Source: Vicinamibacteria bacterium (lineage in GTDB: Bacteria > Acidobacteriota > Vicinamibacteria > Vicinamibacterales > JAENWD01). Taken from it: a stretch of 64,000 nt of DNA. This document shows positions 51,032-61,336 of the stretch, one piece after another (positions within the stretch are counted from its first letter, which is position 1; every line of letters begins with the position of its first letter). The notes under the pieces are model-generated. The model searched no databases, was not told where the DNA came from, and worked only from the letters and a program-made list of their open reading frames with translations. The position numbers and the translations under genes are program-made. The stretch is taken from contig CAVUCH010000017.1 in NCBI GenBank assembly GCA_963739995.1, positions 203,353 through 267,352 on the forward strand. The letters run 5' to 3'.

Positions 51032-52606
51032 GAAGGTTCGAAGGCTGAGCAGGAAGGCGATGACGGCCTCCTGGTCGGTCGCCGACCCCTTCACGAACGC
51101 ATCACGTGCGTCCTGCGCCTCGCTGCGGCCAGCGGCACCCACGGGCGGAGGCGCATCTTCCCCGTGCAGGAGGATGGCCTCACGCAGCGTGCCCGCGCGG
51201 TTGTCGTGCAGCCACGGACCGGTGTTCCCGACACCCCAGAGTTCAGCGGTAAGAAACTGGTCCGCGGGGATCATGACGGGCGTCCCGTTGTACTTGAGCG
51301 GCTCGAGGTCGGGCCCACTCGACTCGCTCGGCCCTGCAGGGTCGGCGAGCACCCGGCCCATCGCGTGACGCTTCAGGTCTCCATAGAGACGGATCACCGC
51401 CCCGCCGCCGGGAGCTTCCTCGGCGCGGGGAGCCTGCGCATCCTTCAGGACATCGAACGCGAACGGCCGCTTCGGGTCGTAGTCCTTGTCGAGCGCTGCC
51501 AGCGCGGCGTCGTAGTAATGGCCGTTGCCGCGGAGGGTAGGCTCTTCGAACCGGGTGTTGGCCAGCCGCATCTCGGGCGTGTGGCAGCTTGCGCACCCCG
51601 CCGCGTCGAACGCCTTCCGGCCAGCCTCCACGCGTGACACGTCGTCGGCGCCGGGCGCTGCGACGAAACCCAGGGACGCCAGGCGTGCCAGCGCTGTCGG
51701 CGTTTCCTGTGCCGCGGTGTACACCGTCATCGCCGTGATGTCGCCGACGGAGAGCTCGCGGCCGACGCCGTCCCCGTCCACGTCGGGGTGCGTGCCGGCA
51801 CCGGACTTCTTCCACACGAGCTCATCGCCGATCATCCCCATGCCGCCGGCGGCGGCGCCCAGCGTAATGTTCCGTACCATGGGCGCGTCGCCTTTCCACC
51901 CCATCGGCCGGACCACGAGATCGGGATCGACGCCCAGAACTGTGGATGTATCGAAGTCGACCTGCCCATCGGGCCGCGCGGTTGCGGCGATGACGCCGAA
52001 GGAGGTGCCTTTCGAGGTCAGATCGCGGACCGCTGGCATCCCGGGCGCCGCCTTGGCGGCGGATGCCGCGGCGGCACGGATAGCCTGCAGCTCCTCTGTC
52101 ATTTCCTGCGCGAGCAGCTGCAGGATGCCGTTGCCGAACAGCGAGGTGACGGATCGAACGTTGACCTCGGTCGTGCCCTTCTTGTCGCGCGCGACGCTGC
52201 TGTGCGCCAGGCCGGCCGACGCGGCAAACGGTACCGCGTGGCACTCGCCGCATCCCTGCGATCCCGGCCCTCGTGGGCCGGGCGGTGCAAAGCGCGACAC
52301 TTTGGAGCCGTCCTTCCGGACCGCGCTGCCGACGCCGTCGAGGCCGTTGAACGCGGCATGGAACAGCGCGTCGCCGGTCGCGAACATGCGCTCGAACGTG
52401 AAGGCGCCCGCGGCGATCTCCGCCGACTCCACGTGAGAGGGCAACGGAAATGCCGGCGCCTCTTTCAACACAACCGCTGGCAGCTTCGCTGTGTCGCGCT
52501 GCACCTGCGCTGCAGCTTGGGGCGCCGTCTGCGCGGCCGCCGTGAGCAACGCCACCGTCAAGCTGCCCGCAGCGCCAACGGTCACGATCCCTCGCACCCG
52601 CATCAT
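51014..52606 (-). CDS. DUF1111 di-haem protein (putative peroxidase / thiol oxidoreductase family)
   Basis: Signal peptide and two CxxCH motifs (CGECH, CASCH). Its 3' end overlaps the convergent upstream gene by 18 nt. Confidence 0.85.
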   Translation of the reverse strand: MMRVRGIVTVGAAGSLTVALLTAAAQTAPQAAAQVQRDTAKLPAVVLKEAPAFPLPSHVESAEIAAGAFTFERMFATGDALFHAAFNGLDGVGSAVRKDGSKVSRFAPPGPRGPGSQGCGECHAVPFAASAGLAHSSVARDKKGTTEVNVRSVTSLFGNGILQLLAQEMTEELQAIRAAAASAAKAAPGMPAVRDLTSKGTSFGVIAATARPDGQVDFDTSTVLGVDPDLVVRPMGWKGDAPMVRNITLGAAAGGMGMIGDELVWKKSGAGTHPDVDGDGVGRELSVGDITAMTVYTAAQETPTALARLASLGFVAAPGADDVSRVEAGRKAFDAAGCASCHTPEMRLANTRFEEPTLRGNGHYYDAALAALDKDYDPKRPFAFDVLKDAQAPRAEEAPGGGAVIRLYGDLKRHAMGRVLADPAGPSESSGPDLEPLKYNGTPVMIPADQFLTAELWGVGNTGPWLHDNRAGTLREAILLHGEDAPPPVGAAGRSEAQDARDAFVKGSATDQEAVIAFLLSLRTFSPEHR

Positions 52607-52796
52607 CGGGTTCCCTTCTGGTGAGTGTCAGGTGGAGCGGCTACTTCTTGTTCTACCGGGAGAAGAAGAGGCCAACTCGCATGCTCTGAGAAGAACGCAG
52701 TGTAGCATCACACCGTGTTCACGCGGACAGGCTGTGGAGAGGGCACGGCGATGATGACCGGGCGCTTCGGCCCCGGCGCTACACTGAGGTCTGACC

Positions 52797-53510
52797 ATGC
52801 CCGACGACAATACCCTCACCCTCGCCGAAATCGTCTGGGACTACCACCAGCTCCATCACGACATCTCGACCGCTGACGCCATCCTCGTCCTCTGCAGCCA
52901 CGACACGATCGTCGCCAAACGAGGGGCGGAGCTGTTCCTCGAGGACCGCGCACCACTCCTGATCTTCTCAGGAGGCAGCGGCGCGATCACGGGACGCCTC
53001 TGGAAGGAGCCCGAAGCCGACCTCTTCGCCCGGGTGGCGCTCGATCTCGGCGTGCCCGCCGATCGCATGCTCATCGAGAGCCGCTCGACCAACACGGGTG
53101 AGAACGTGCGGTTCACCCGTGACCTGCTGAAGGCACGCGGGCTCGATCCACGGTCGTTCATCCTCGTGCAGAAACCGTACATGGAACGACGGGCGTTCGC
53201 GACGTTCCGGATGCTCTGGCCCGACGTGCCGGTGCAGGTCACGTCGCCGCGAATCGGCTTCCGCGAGTACCTCGCCCGCTACGCGCACGACACGCTGACG
53301 CCGGACGACGTGATCAGCATCATGGTTGGAGACCTTCAGCGGATTCGGTTGTACCCGGCCAAAGGATTTCAGATCCCGCAGGTGATCCCTGAACGTGTGT
53401 GGGCGGCGTACGAGGCATTGGCCGCAGCCGGGTACGACCGGCACCTCGTCAGAGCCGGGCAGGAGACGGGTGTGGGCGCCGTCACCGTCCCGAAGCCGTC
53501 ATCGCAATGA
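52797..53510 (+). CDS. YdcF/DUF218-family protein
   Basis: AILVLCSHD, LLIFSGG, ESRSTNTGENVRF and ILVQKPYMERRA. Confidence 0.85.
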   Translation: MPDDNTLTLAEIVWDYHQLHHDISTADAILVLCSHDTIVAKRGAELFLEDRAPLLIFSGGSGAITGRLWKEPEADLFARVALDLGVPADRMLIESRSTNTGENVRFTRDLLKARGLDPRSFILVQKPYMERRAFATFRMLWPDVPVQVTSPRIGFREYLARYAHDTLTPDDVISIMVGDLQRIRLYPAKGFQIPQVIPERVWAAYEALAAAGYDRHLVRAGQETGVGAVTVPKPSSQ

Positions 53511-54229
53511 TCATCCGGCCCAGCGGGTCCACCCGGATCCTCACCACCCAGCCCGATCACGCCGCGCTCGCCGGCCGGATCATGCAGCACTGGATCGCCG
53601 ACGGCTTTCCGGAGTCGCCGCGCCGCCGCGAAATTCTCAGTGCGGTAGCCGAGCACGACAATGGATGGCGCGAGGTCGATGCCGCACCCCTCGTCGATCC
53701 AGCGACCGGAGATCTCCTCGATTTCATCCACGCGCCAGACGAGGTGCGGCAGGGAGTATGGCCGCGCGGCGTCAATCGGCTGGCGCACACGCCATATGCT
53801 GCCGCGCTCGTCGCGCAGCACGCGCTCGAAATCTACGCGCGCTACCGGACTGATCCTGCGTGGCAGCCGTTCTTCGCCGGGATGGAAGCGACCCGGCACA
53901 GGCACCTGCACCGGGCCTCCGTCGGGCTCGACGAGCTGCAGCGTGATTATCTCTTCGTCCGCGCTGGCGACCTGATCTCGCTGACGTTCTGCAACGGCTG
54001 GCGAGACGAGCAGGTCATCGGCGGGCGGTATCTCGTCCGGCTGGACGGGGACGAGCTCCTCGTCACGCCGGATCCCTTCGCGGGCAGGATCGTTCGCCTG
54101 GCCATTGCCGGTATGGAGGTGTCCACACCGCCATTCTCCACGGTGAGTGACGCGCACGAGGCCTTCCGGCGAGCGAGACAGGTGCAGCTGCGGGGCACTC
54201 TGCGCGGTCGTACTGTAAAGAGCTCGTGA
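53507..54229 (+). CDS. DUF3891-like protein
   Basis: The ATG at 53507 overlaps the upstream stop (ATGA). TQPDHAALAGRIMQHW and AVAEHDNGWRE. Family call moderately confident. Confidence 0.6.
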   Translation: MIIRPSGSTRILTTQPDHAALAGRIMQHWIADGFPESPRRREILSAVAEHDNGWREVDAAPLVDPATGDLLDFIHAPDEVRQGVWPRGVNRLAHTPYAAALVAQHALEIYARYRTDPAWQPFFAGMEATRHRHLHRASVGLDELQRDYLFVRAGDLISLTFCNGWRDEQVIGGRYLVRLDGDELLVTPDPFAGRIVRLAIAGMEVSTPPFSTVSDAHEAFRRARQVQLRGTLRGRTVKSS

Positions 54230-54334
54230 GGGAACGCCGACCAGGACGTTGCACGCCGGCTGGGCGTCGGGAAACTTCTGTTCCGCCGGCTCGTAGAGAG
54301 GGGACAGGGAACGTGACCTCCCGGAGGACTGATT

Positions 54335-54955
54335 GTGCGAAGCATTTCCGCCGCAATCGCGGCCACGCTGCTCGTGATCGGGAGCGTGGCGGCCCAATCG
54401 CCGGCGCCGGTCGCCAGGGAGACGCCACCCCCGCAGGTCGAAAAGAGATTCGCCCCTGGCGGCTCCATCTACATGGATCTCTCGGCCGGCGGCTACGTCA
54501 TCGAGGGCACGCCTGACCCGAGCATCCGGATCCGCTGGAGCACCCGCGATGCGGCGGACGCCGGATCCGTGCGCGCCACTGCTGATGTGCAGGGGACCGA
54601 CGCGCGAATCACGATCGCCGGGCCGAAGAACGGGTTCAGTGCCCACGTCGAGGTGCCCGTGCGCTCGCATGTCTCCGTGTCGCTCAGCGCCGGCGACCTC
54701 ACGCTCGGCGGGGTCGTCGGCGACAAGGACGTCTCCGCCTGGGCGGGCAAGATCGACGTGCGGGTGCCCGACCGCGATGACTACTACTCCGTGCGCGCCT
54801 CCGTGACGGCGGGCGAGATCCGGGCAGAGCCGTTCAACGTCCACAAGGGCGGCGTGTTCCGGTCCTTCTGGTGGGAGGGCAAGGGCCGGCACTCGCTGCG
54901 GGTGCGCCTCACGGCAGGCGACGTGATCCTCCAAGGCGACCGCGACCAGAAGTAG
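54335..54955 (+). CDS. Secreted DUF4097/putative-adhesin-like beta protein
   Basis: GTG start and signal peptide. Repeated beta-strand units (SLSAGDLTL, AGKIDVRV, VTAGEIRA, LTAGDVIL). Confidence 0.55.
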   Translation: MRSISAAIAATLLVIGSVAAQSPAPVARETPPPQVEKRFAPGGSIYMDLSAGGYVIEGTPDPSIRIRWSTRDAADAGSVRATADVQGTDARITIAGPKNGFSAHVEVPVRSHVSVSLSAGDLTLGGVVGDKDVSAWAGKIDVRVPDRDDYYSVRASVTAGEIRAEPFNVHKGGVFRSFWWEGKGRHSLRVRLTAGDVILQGDRDQK

Positions 54956-55060
54956 GCGATCCGCTCCGACGACTTCCTGTCGTTTTCCCGTTGACGCACG
55001 GCCTCGCGCCTGCGAAGCTCCGACAACGTAGCGCCGCGTGGTCGGCGACGGAGGACGTGC

Positions 55061-58000
55061 ATGCAATCACTCATCGTGCGGTTGGTGTTGATCCTGTTCG
55101 CGCTGGCGTATGCCGCGTCACCCGAGGCCTGGGCACAGTCGCAGGCGACGACGGGTGTGATCGAGGGCACCGTGTCAGACCCGTCGGGAGGCCGGCTGCC
55201 CGGCGCCACCGTGACATTGCTCAACACCGGCACGAACTTCGCGCGTGAGCTGACGACCGACGCGGACGGCCGCTTCAGGGGCCTGCTGCTGCCGCTCGGC
55301 ACGTACACGCTGCGCGTATCCCTGGCGGGCTTCTCCACGTACATCCAAGAGGGAATCGAGCTCGCTGTCGGCCAGACCGCCAACATCCCCGTGGTCCTGC
55401 AGGTCGGGGGACTCGAGCAGAGCGTCACGGTGCGCGCCGACTCGCCCGTGGTCGAAACCACCAGGGCCGAGCAGTCGACGCTCATCGGTCAGCAGGCGAT
55501 CGCCGGGCTGCCGAACAACGGCCGCAACTTTCTCAGCTACATGCAGCTCACCCCCGGCGTCACCATCGTGCAAGGGCCTGATGGGGACGAGATCAGCGTG
55601 AACGGGCAGAAGGGCATCACCAACAACGTCTCCGTGGACGGCGCCGACTTCAACAACCCGTTCTTCGGTGAGCAGCGTGGCGGGCAGCGCCCCGCGTTCA
55701 CATTCAACCAGGACGCCATCAAGGAGATGGTTGTCGTGGCGGATGGAGCCGCGCCGGAGTTCGGCCGCAGCGGATCCGGCTTCGTCAACGTGGTCACCAA
55801 GTCGGGCACCAACGATCTGAGCGGCACGGCACACGTGTTTGCGAAAGCGGACGCGTTGTCCACGAAGAACGCCGAAGGCGAGAAGTTCCCGTTCGATCAG
55901 CAGCAGTTCGGCGCTACGGCGGGCGGACCGCTGCGACAGAACAAGCTGTTCTACTTCCTGGCGTACGATCATCAGCAGTTCAACCAGACCAAGCAGCTGG
56001 ACGCCTCGCGTATCGAGCCACGGGTCGTCGCGTTGTTCGAATCGCTTGGCAGCCCTGACGAGAACGGCTCGATCGATCGCACCAACGACGCGCGCGTGTT
56101 CCTGGGGAAGGTCGACGCGCAGCTCAATGACGCGAATTTGCTGACGCTCCGCTACAACTACACCTGGAGCGAGCAGCAGAACGGCACGTTCGACGTGGAC
56201 TCCTGGGGCCGCAGCGCGAACGCGGTGGAGCGCGGCTTCTCGAATGCCGGCTCGGGGTCGATACAGACCACGCTCTCGAGCACGATGCTGAACGAGTTCC
56301 GGTTTCAGTTCGCCCGCGAGGATCGGCCGCGTCCTTACGACGGGCCGAACGTCAACGGACAGTCGCGCCCGTTCCCCGACACCGCGTTCGACTTCGTCAG
56401 CGGCTACCGCTTCGGGATGCCGTTCTTCATCCCGGTCGACTACTACGACACGCGCATCCAGTTCGTGGAGAACCTGTCGTGGCTCAAGGGCCGGCACACG
56501 CTCAAAGCGGGCTTCGAGTACAACCGGGTCAACTCGTCGCAGACCTTCATCGGCTTTGCGAACGGCCGGTATATTTTCGGCAGCACGGACGGGTTCCTCA
56601 ACTACGCGCGCTTCGGTCCGCAGTACGTGGAGTGCTCGAACGGCGCGACGAGCACCTCGGGCCAGTGCCCCGGCGGCACCAGCATCACCGGCCCGCTGCT
56701 GCTCTTCCTGCAGCAGGCGGGCGTCGGCGGGCTGAGCGTCGAGGAGGCGGGCACACAGGACATCCCGCAGACCGAGCCGGCGTTCTTCGTGCAGGACAAG
56801 TGGCAGCCGACGGGCAACCTGACGGTCAGCTACGGCATCCGATGGGAGGCCCAGCTGCAGCCGGACATGATCACGCCGCGCGACCAGCTGTTCTACCGGG
56901 AGTTCCTCGACAACCCGGCGTTCCCGTCTGACGGCACGATCCCGTCCGACACAGGGATGTGGCAGCCCCGTCTGGGCATCTCGTGGGATCCGGCCGCTGA
57001 CGGGAAACAGGTCGTGCGCGCGAGTGCGGGGATGTACTACTCGCGCGTCCCGGGCCTCAGCCTCGCGAGCACGCGCTCGACCGATGGCACCCGGGGCCAG
57101 ACGCTGTTCCGCGCGAGCTTCCTGAACGAGTTCGGCGTCACTCCGCCCGCCTGGCCGAACCTGATCCCGCAGGACGAGATTTCCAGTCCGGATCATCCCG
57201 ACGTGTTTGTGTTCGACAAGAATTTCCGGAATCCCCGCACCTATTCCGGCACCATCAGCTACGAGCGGCAGCTCGTCGAGAACCTGTCCGCGTTCGCCAC
57301 GTTCACCCACTCCAAGACGGTGCACGTCACGCGGTTCATCAACCGCAACGATCCGGTGTTCGGGTTGCCGTGGAGCACGGGGCTCGGGGCCGACAACACC
57401 AACGGCATCACCGTGCTCACGGTCGTCGAGAGCTCCGCCAAGGCCAAGTACGACGCGCTCACGGTGGGCATGAACAAGCGCTATGCGCAGAACTACCAGT
57501 TCCAGTGGAACTACACGCTCGGCCGCGACCTGTCGGACGATGACAACGAGCGGGACCCGTTCTTTTTCCGCTACGCGCGCGCCGACAATCTGGCGCCCGA
57601 GTACAACTATTCGGATCGCGATCAGCGCCACCGCTTCAACGCGTGGCTGCTCGTGACCGCGGCCGGCTTCGACATCAACAACCGCGTCTCGTCGCGCTCG
57701 GCGCAGCCGAAATCCGTCGGCAACACGCCACAGGAGCGCATCCAGCCGGACGGCACGATCCTGACGCGCAACACGCTGCGCAAGGACAACGAGTTCTTCA
57801 CGTGGGACCTGCGGGTCTCGCGGCCGTTCAACGTGGGCGGCGCGTCGATCGAACCGATATTCGAGATCTTCAACATCACGAACAGCCGGAACATCCGCCG
57901 CCCCGAGGTCACCAGCCTGATCTTCAACTTCGACGGGACCGTGCAGAGCGGCCTCGGGGATCCGCGGCAGGCCCAGCTGGGACTCCGGGTGAGGTTCTGA
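55061..58000 (+). CDS. TonB-dependent receptor-like outer-membrane protein with N-terminal carboxypeptidase-regulatory-like domain
   Basis: Signal peptide, then GVIEGTVSDPSGGRLPGATVTLLNTGTNFARELTTDADGRFR..LPLGTYTL (CarboxypepD_reg). Plug-like region. C-terminal beta-barrel ending QLGLRVRF. Confidence 0.9.
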   Translation: MQSLIVRLVLILFALAYAASPEAWAQSQATTGVIEGTVSDPSGGRLPGATVTLLNTGTNFARELTTDADGRFRGLLLPLGTYTLRVSLAGFSTYIQEGIELAVGQTANIPVVLQVGGLEQSVTVRADSPVVETTRAEQSTLIGQQAIAGLPNNGRNFLSYMQLTPGVTIVQGPDGDEISVNGQKGITNNVSVDGADFNNPFFGEQRGGQRPAFTFNQDAIKEMVVVADGAAPEFGRSGSGFVNVVTKSGTNDLSGTAHVFAKADALSTKNAEGEKFPFDQQQFGATAGGPLRQNKLFYFLAYDHQQFNQTKQLDASRIEPRVVALFESLGSPDENGSIDRTNDARVFLGKVDAQLNDANLLTLRYNYTWSEQQNGTFDVDSWGRSANAVERGFSNAGSGSIQTTLSSTMLNEFRFQFAREDRPRPYDGPNVNGQSRPFPDTAFDFVSGYRFGMPFFIPVDYYDTRIQFVENLSWLKGRHTLKAGFEYNRVNSSQTFIGFANGRYIFGSTDGFLNYARFGPQYVECSNGATSTSGQCPGGTSITGPLLLFLQQAGVGGLSVEEAGTQDIPQTEPAFFVQDKWQPTGNLTVSYGIRWEAQLQPDMITPRDQLFYREFLDNPAFPSDGTIPSDTGMWQPRLGISWDPAADGKQVVRASAGMYYSRVPGLSLASTRSTDGTRGQTLFRASFLNEFGVTPPAWPNLIPQDEISSPDHPDVFVFDKNFRNPRTYSGTISYERQLVENLSAFATFTHSKTVHVTRFINRNDPVFGLPWSTGLGADNTNGITVLTVVESSAKAKYDALTVGMNKRYAQNYQFQWNYTLGRDLSDDDNERDPFFFRYARADNLAPEYNYSDRDQRHRFNAWLLVTAAGFDINNRVSSRSAQPKSVGNTPQERIQPDGTILTRNTLRKDNEFFTWDLRVSRPFNVGGASIEPIFEIFNITNSRNIRRPEVTSLIFNFDGTVQSGLGDPRQAQLGLRVRF

Positions 58001-58002
58001 TT

Positions 58003-58084
58003 CGAGATCGGGAGGTGTTTGCGACGTTTTGCAACGCGCGACGGACTTACGTCCTGCACAAATTGCAAACACCTCCCGATCTCG
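58003..58084. repeat. Palindromic element, copy 3 (20-bp perfect arms, 42-nt loop)
   Basis: cgagatcgggaggtgtttgc (58003-58022) pairs with gcaaacacctcccgatctcg (58065-58084). It begins 3 nt after the receptor stop codon (57998-58000). Confidence 0.95.
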
Positions 58085-58136
58085 ATCTGGCGGACCTGAG
58101 TCGCCGCGAGCTCGATTCGCGCGGGAGGTTCATCAG

Positions 58137-59588
58137 ATGACGGGTGATCGGGGCTGCATCGCGGTAGCGATCGCGGTGTGCCTGGCGGCACCTGGCGCGT
58201 TGCCCCGGACGCCCAGGGAAGCAGACGACCACGTCGACCGCATTATTGCGTTGGCGATGACTCGCGGCGGAGCCCATTCATTTCTTCAGCGCCTTACCGA
58301 CTCGATCGGCGGCCGCGTCACGGGAACTCCCGAATCCAGAGCAACTGCGGAACTGTTGGTCAACTCCCTGCGCGACGCCGGTTTCGAAGACGCCCACTTC
58401 GAGGAGTACCCGATCGGGTCCCGCTGGCAGCGTGGACACGCGGTTGGTCGCGTCGTCAGCCCCGTCTCACGATCACTGGCCGTGGGTTCCTACGGCTGGG
58501 TGCCGGGAACAAACGGCGACGTCTCTGCACCGCTCATCGATTTGGGCGCACCGGCGGACAGGGATCTCTCGATCCTTGCTGATCGGCTTCGAGGTGCGGC
58601 GGTGATAGTCGACCCGCACGCCGTGAAAGGAGCTCCGGCCCAGGTCATGCGCGCCGCTCTGGCGCGTGCGCTCGCCCGCGCCGGGGCGGCGGCCATGCTG
58701 ATTCCTTCGGATAAGCCGAATCGAATGCTCTACACGTCCGCGTACGGGTTTTATCCAGGAGCCCCGCTCCCCGTGCTGTCGGTCGCAAGAGAGGACGTGC
58801 TGTTCCTGCGAAGGCTACTGGTCAGCGGGCCAGTTCGCGTCACGCTGGATGTTGCCAACGCGTTCGATGCGAGCCCTGCCCAGGAGCGCAACGTCGTCGC
58901 GGAAATCACCGGGACGACATCCGAGGAGTCGGTGCTCCTCGGTGCCCATTTCGACTCCTGGGATCCTGGCCAAGGGGCGCAGGACGATGGCGTGGGCGTG
59001 GCGGCAATCCTGGAGGCGGCGAAGATCCTGAAGTCGCTCGGCATGACGCCGCGCCGAACGATTCGCTTCGTCTTCTTCAGCGGCGAGGAACAGGGCCTTC
59101 TCGGGTCGCGAGCCTACATCGAGAGGCACCACAACGAACTCGACGCGCTGCGTGCAGTCGTGATCATGGACTCGGGTGCGCAGACGCCGCGCGGTTTCAT
59201 GATCCACGGGCGCTCGGACATCGAGGCCGCCGCGAAGACCGTCTTGGCACCGCTGTCCTCTCTCGGTGCGTCCGGAGTGACTCTCGACGCCACCTTCGAC
59301 ATGGATCACGGGCCATTCCTGGCGGCCGGCATCCCGGTCTTCACGCTATGGGTCCACGACGGCGAGTACGACACGCATCACCACGCGGTGTCGGACACCT
59401 TCGACACAGTCGACCCCCGGATGCTGGCCCTCGACACGGCCGTGATGGCGGTGGCCGCCTACCGACTCGCCCAGGCTCCGCAGCCACCCGGGCCCCGATT
59501 ATCGGCGTCCGAGTCGACCCATCTGCTCGAGAAGCTCGGGCTCGAATCGCTTCGTCGAGCCATCTACGAGCCCGGCGACGGGAGGTGA
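58137..59588 (+). CDS. M28-family metallopeptidase
   Basis: The ATG at 58137 follows GGGAGG. HFDSWDPGQGAQDDGVGVAA, FFSGEEQGLLGS and HHHAVSDT. Confidence 0.85.
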   Translation: MTGDRGCIAVAIAVCLAAPGALPRTPREADDHVDRIIALAMTRGGAHSFLQRLTDSIGGRVTGTPESRATAELLVNSLRDAGFEDAHFEEYPIGSRWQRGHAVGRVVSPVSRSLAVGSYGWVPGTNGDVSAPLIDLGAPADRDLSILADRLRGAAVIVDPHAVKGAPAQVMRAALARALARAGAAAMLIPSDKPNRMLYTSAYGFYPGAPLPVLSVAREDVLFLRRLLVSGPVRVTLDVANAFDASPAQERNVVAEITGTTSEESVLLGAHFDSWDPGQGAQDDGVGVAAILEAAKILKSLGMTPRRTIRFVFFSGEEQGLLGSRAYIERHHNELDALRAVVIMDSGAQTPRGFMIHGRSDIEAAAKTVLAPLSSLGASGVTLDATFDMDHGPFLAAGIPVFTLWVHDGEYDTHHHAVSDTFDTVDPRMLALDTAVMAVAAYRLAQAPQPPGPRLSASESTHLLEKLGLESLRRAIYEPGDGR

Positions 59589-59637
59589 AGCAACGTGGGC
59601 TTTCAGCACTTCTCGCGGCAACGTGCACCGTCCCTGC

Positions 59638-60056
59638 TTATGTCCCACAGGATGCGCCGACTTGCCGTTTCAACTCGCCGAACCAGTTCAGGATAACGTC
59701 GAGGCGGACCGGACGCCCGTCGGGCTCCGTTCGAATCAAGAGGAAGCGCTGCCCGTCCGCCGAGATCATCCGGCGATAGACGTCACTCTCGCGTCCTCAC
59801 TTTCTCCTCATCGCGCCAACGGCAGCGCCCGGCGGACTCCTGGCCTCGCTGCCGTTTCTGCATTCCGGCAGCGGGCTTCCCGTTCGAAGCGGGCGAGGCG
59901 ATCGGAATCGCGCGAGAAGGCGTCAGGCAGCATTTGATCGCGACATCGCGCTGCAGCCTGGTGTCGGGGGCGCTGCAGACCTCTCAACATTCCGCCGCCG
60001 CCGAGCGTCCCAAGCACTTCGTACGGCCCGCGACGTGCCCCGACAGCCAAACCCAT
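59638..60056 (-). pseudogene. Relic of a Ser/Thr kinase-propeller gene (N-terminal ~65 aa joined to C-terminal ~45 aa, with frame breaks)
   Basis: From the ATG at 60056: RGPYEVLGTLGGGGM. Then, out of frame, DTRLQRDVAIK and LPDAFSRDSDRLARFEREAR. After about 100 nt comes the typical family C-terminus ISADGQRFLLIRTEPDGRPVRLDVILNWFGELKRQVG followed by a stop at 59638. Confidence 0.6.
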
Positions 60057-60154
60057 GTGTAAGGGAGTATGCCGGCAGAGGCGGGACGCCGCTCGCACAT
60101 CGCTCCGGGATTTTGTGAGATAGATTGCTTGATGGACACCCCGAGGAGCATCCC

Positions 60155-61324
60155 ATGACCGACGCACGCCCGCGCATTACCCGTCGCGAGTTTGCCAGAC
60201 GCAGCCTGCTGGCCGCTCCCGCTGTTGCCGCCGCGCCTGCGGTGATCCGTGCACAGGGGCGCCGCATCACGACCGGTGTCATCGGCTGCGGCAGCGTCTC
60301 GAACTCGTACCTGCCAGTCCTCACCGCGTCACCGCATATCGAGCTCGTCAGCGTGTGCGACATCCGGCCGGACCGCGCACGCCGCCAGGCGGAGCGCTTC
60401 TCGGTGCCGCACCAGTATCCACACATCGATCAGATGCTCGCCGGCGCGCCGTTCGAGTTTCTCGTCGTTCTCACGGACATGCAGGAGCACGAGCGGCTCA
60501 ATCGCCAGGCACTCGAGGCCGGCAAACACGTCTGGAGCGAGAAGCCCATCGCCAACTCCCTCGAGCAAGGGCAACAGCTGCTGCGACTCGCGACCGAGAA
60601 GCGGGTGCGGCTCTGGGGCGCGCCGATCACCGTCCAGAGCCCGCAATTTGCGTTCATGGCCCAGACGATCCAGGCCGGCACGCTGGGTCGCCTGTCGGCC
60701 GCGCACGCGCACTACGGCCACGACGGCCCGGACTGGGCAGCGTTCTTCTACGAACGCGGAGGGGGGAGCATGCCCGATCTCGCGGTGTACAACCTCACGA
60801 CGCTGACGGGGCTTCTCGGGCCCGCGAGGCACGTCTCTGCGATGCTCGGGATCGTCACACCCACCCGGCAGATCCAGGAGCGCGGTGCGGTGACGGTCGA
60901 GGCCGAGGACAACGCCATGGTGCTGCTCGACCATGGCAACGGCGTCATCGCGCACGTGATGTCCGGCTTCAACTACCACAACCCGTTTGGGCACCAGGGC
61001 AAGGACGAAACCCGCCACACCGTCACCGTGATTGGCAGGACGGGCTTCATGGGCCTGGTCGGCTACGACTGGGAGCCGCAGGCCGTCGATGTCTCGACCG
61101 CGTCAGAGCCGCGCCTGATCCGCCATGCCACAGACGCGAAGGGTTACGTGTGGCAGCAGGGAGCTGCGCTTGCCGCCGAGAGTCTCGCCACCGGCCGGCA
61201 GTTGCTGGTGACGCCGGAGCACGCGTTGCACGTGCTCGAAATCATCACGGGCGCTCGCGAGTCGCAGGAGACAGGGCGCCGGGTGGCGCTGACGTCGACG
61301 TTCCGGTGGCCCGTGGTCGCCTGA
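60155..61324 (+). CDS. Gfo/Idh/MocA-family oxidoreductase with Tat signal
   Basis: MTDARPRITRREFARRSLLAAPAVAAAPAV (Tat motif). GVIGCGSVS. WSEKPIA. Confidence 0.85.
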   Translation: MTDARPRITRREFARRSLLAAPAVAAAPAVIRAQGRRITTGVIGCGSVSNSYLPVLTASPHIELVSVCDIRPDRARRQAERFSVPHQYPHIDQMLAGAPFEFLVVLTDMQEHERLNRQALEAGKHVWSEKPIANSLEQGQQLLRLATEKRVRLWGAPITVQSPQFAFMAQTIQAGTLGRLSAAHAHYGHDGPDWAAFFYERGGGSMPDLAVYNLTTLTGLLGPARHVSAMLGIVTPTRQIQERGAVTVEAEDNAMVLLDHGNGVIAHVMSGFNYHNPFGHQGKDETRHTVTVIGRTGFMGLVGYDWEPQAVDVSTASEPRLIRHATDAKGYVWQQGAALAAESLATGRQLLVTPEHALHVLEIITGARESQETGRRVALTSTFRWPVVA

Positions 61325-61336
61325 CCGCACCGGGGC

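Noticed and set aside
55175-58072. 965-aa minus-strand ORF (also 53369..55066, 34419..35912 and 37338..38897)
   Set aside because: These are antisense shadows of the TonB-dependent receptor, of the DUF3891/adhesin-like genes and of the histidine kinase. None has recognisable domains.
59727-59740. tRNA T-arm-like string ccgttcgaatcaag
   Set aside because: No acceptor or anticodon stems can be built around it. It lies within the kinase relic, where it encodes LLIRTEP.
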